A stretch of DNA of 64,000 nt, taken from contig CAVYKI010000003.1 in NCBI GenBank assembly GCA_963769025.1, forward strand, positions 928,001 through 992,000, given 5' to 3'. The position numbers and the translations under genes are program-made. Positions 61,843-64,000 of this stretch are shown here, piece by piece. The stretch comes from an uncultured Verrucomicrobiae bacterium. GTDB lineage: Bacteria; Verrucomicrobiota; Verrucomicrobiia; Chthoniobacterales; Chthoniobacteraceae. The notes beneath the pieces were generated by a model. That model was given only the letters and a program-made list of their open reading frames with translations. It did no database searches and was not told the origin of the DNA. Each line of letters opens with the position of its first letter. Within the stretch, counting starts at the first letter, position 1.

Positions 61843-64000
61843 TCTTCGTGCAAAGCCTCCGCGATTTCCTCCCGTTGCGCCAGCCGCGCGGGCCACCAGG
61901 CGGCGGCGAGCGAGGCAGCGAGAATCCACACCGGCGTCCACGCGAGCGCGGCCCATGGGATGTCCATGTGGATCGTCCAGCCGAAGAACGCCGGATTCAC
62001 GACCCACGTGAGGACCATCGCAAGCGGAATGCCCGCCTCCACGCCGAGCAGCGCCGCGAGCAGGCCGAGCAGGCCCGCCTCCGTGAGCACCAGCGCGCTC
62101 ACCCAGCGCGGCGTCGCGCCAAGCGCGCGCATCAGCGCGAGTTCCCGGCGGCGCTCAGTGACCAGCGTCGTCATCGTGAGAAGCACGCCCGCGATCGCGA
62201 CGATCATCGCCACGGTGCGCAGCACGTGCGTCACGGCGAAGGTCTGGTCGAACACCTTCAGGATCCGCTCCCGCAGTGCGCGCGTCGTGTTCAGCGCATA
62301 TTCGCCCGCACCGGCAAACGCCGCGCGAAACGCGTCCTCGAACGCCGGCACGTCCGTGCCCGGCTTCAGATAGACCGCCGCCGACATCACGCGATCATCG
62401 TCCCAATGCTTCCGGAACATCGCGCGGCTCATCACCACCGCGCCCTGGTCGCGGCTGTAATCCGCATACACCCCGGCGACCTCCACCTCGACCGCGCCAC
62501 GCGGCGCTTCCAGTCGCAGTTTGTCCCCGGCATTCACGCGGAACTTCCGCGCGAAGGGCTCCGTCACCACGACCGCATCGCCCGCAAAAACGCGACGCCA
62601 TCGCCGCGCGATCGTCGCCTTGCAGGAAGGTCAGGTTATTCCGGTAAACGCCATCGAGCACCACGAGCGACGCGATGCTGCCGTTCACGATCGTGTTCAT
62701 CTCGCGGAAGGTATCCGCGCCCGCGACCTCCGGCCGCGCGCGCAGCCAGTCCACGGCGGATTGCGGGAGAAAGGATGTCATCCCCAGCGTTTCGTTCGCT
62801 GCCGGTGCGATGAAGAGATCCGCGACGATGCCCTTCCCGATCCACGCGTCGAGCGACTGGCGGAAGGAATGCGTCATCACCACCAGCGCCACGTACATCG
62901 CGACCGCCGCCGCGAGCGCCGCGACGGTGATCGCATTGCGCCGCAGCCCGCGCGTAAGCCGCCGCGCGGCGAGGATCGCGACTGCCTCGCCCGTGCTGGT
63001 GATCCCTCCGGTCGAGGCGGACAGCTTCACCCACAACCGCGACATTTCCGCCGCGCCCGAGAGCACCATCGGCGCAAAAAGCGAGGCCGCGACCAAAACG
63101 AACAGCGCTGCGCCGAATGCGAGCCACGGCGGCCCGGCCGTCAGCGAACGCCACGCGCAGAGCGCCGCCGCACCGCAGGCCACGAGCGCCCACTTCCACC
63201 AGCCGCGCGCACGATCGCTTTCGCCCCGCTTTTCCACGCCGCGTCGCAGCGCATCCACCGGCTCCACGCGCGACGCATCCGCCGCCGGACCCCACGCGCC
63301 GAGGATCGCCGCGGCGATGCCGTAGAACGCGGCGACCGCAAACTGCCCCGGCTCCAGCCACAGCCGGTCCACATTCACGAGCGCGTAGAGCGAAGTCACC
63401 GTCTGCTGCACCGCGCCCGTGAGTTTCTGCGCGAGCAACACGCCGCCGATGGCGCCGAGCAGCACGCCGGGCACTGCGTAGAGCAGCGCTTCGCCGAGGA
63501 AAATCACGCGCACGCGCCACGCCGGGAGGCCGAGCGCGCGCATCACGCCGATCTGCGTTCGGCGCCGCGCGACGGAGGTCCACACGGTGTTGTGAATGAG
63601 GAACACGCCGACGAGCAGCGAGACCATGCTGAGCGCCGAGAGGTTGAGCTGGAACGCCGCGATCATCTTCCCCATCTGCTCGCTGCGCTGCCGCGGCGGA
63701 CCGATGCTCAAGCCGGGGGCGATGCGCGACAACTGCTCCGCCGCCTCGGAAATTTTCAGCGGATCATCGAGCAGCACTTGCAGCGAAGTCACGCGCCCTG
63801 GACGCGCGAGAAGCTCCTGCGCCCAGCCGATGTCCATCACCGCGAAACGCGAATCCGTCACCGGCGCGTCTCCGGCGTCGAGGATCGCGAGCACCTTCAG
63901 CGTCACCGCGCGCGTGTTCACGACGGCGTGAATCTCCGAGCCTTCGCGCAGCCGGCGCCGCGTGGCAAATTCCCGCGTGACCGCCACGCCGCCCGGCGTG
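61839..64000 (-). CDS. FtsX/MacB-type ABC permease (AttF/G-like), partial and frameshifted near 62590
   Basis: AFQLNLSALSMVSLLVGVFLI, RALG, SFRQSL and VVNPAFFGWT. Confidence 0.9.

Overview
This is a GC-rich bacterial chromosomal segment, almost certainly Verrucomicrobiota and probably Chthoniobacterales-like, judged from a four-gene Verru_Chthon pilin-like cassette, a PEP-CTERM gene and a TIGR02597-like gene. Most genes are housekeeping or envelope functions: pnp, rpsO, rplA, rplJ, pyc, ispB, lpxA, lpxD, skp, bamA, a tolQRAB-like cluster, leuA, cimA, gnd, rsmB and tRNA-His. Accessory genes include a clade-2 chlorite dismutase, a Tat-exported molybdoenzyme, a ParE toxin-antitoxin pair and a Fic protein. 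Many conserved genes carry single-base frameshifts that look like long-read indel errors. The main observations are: (1) a rearranged rplA-rplJ-rpsO-pnp operon lacking rplK and rplL, with its own promoter and an L1-binding site; (2) a sigma54-type promoter ahead of two tandem paralogous unknown small proteins and a two-component system; (3) an uncalled Leu-rich leader peptide and attenuator before leuA; (4) repeated leaderless or short-leader promoter layouts; (5) several palindromic repeat families. All family assignments come from motif recognition by eye, not database searches.
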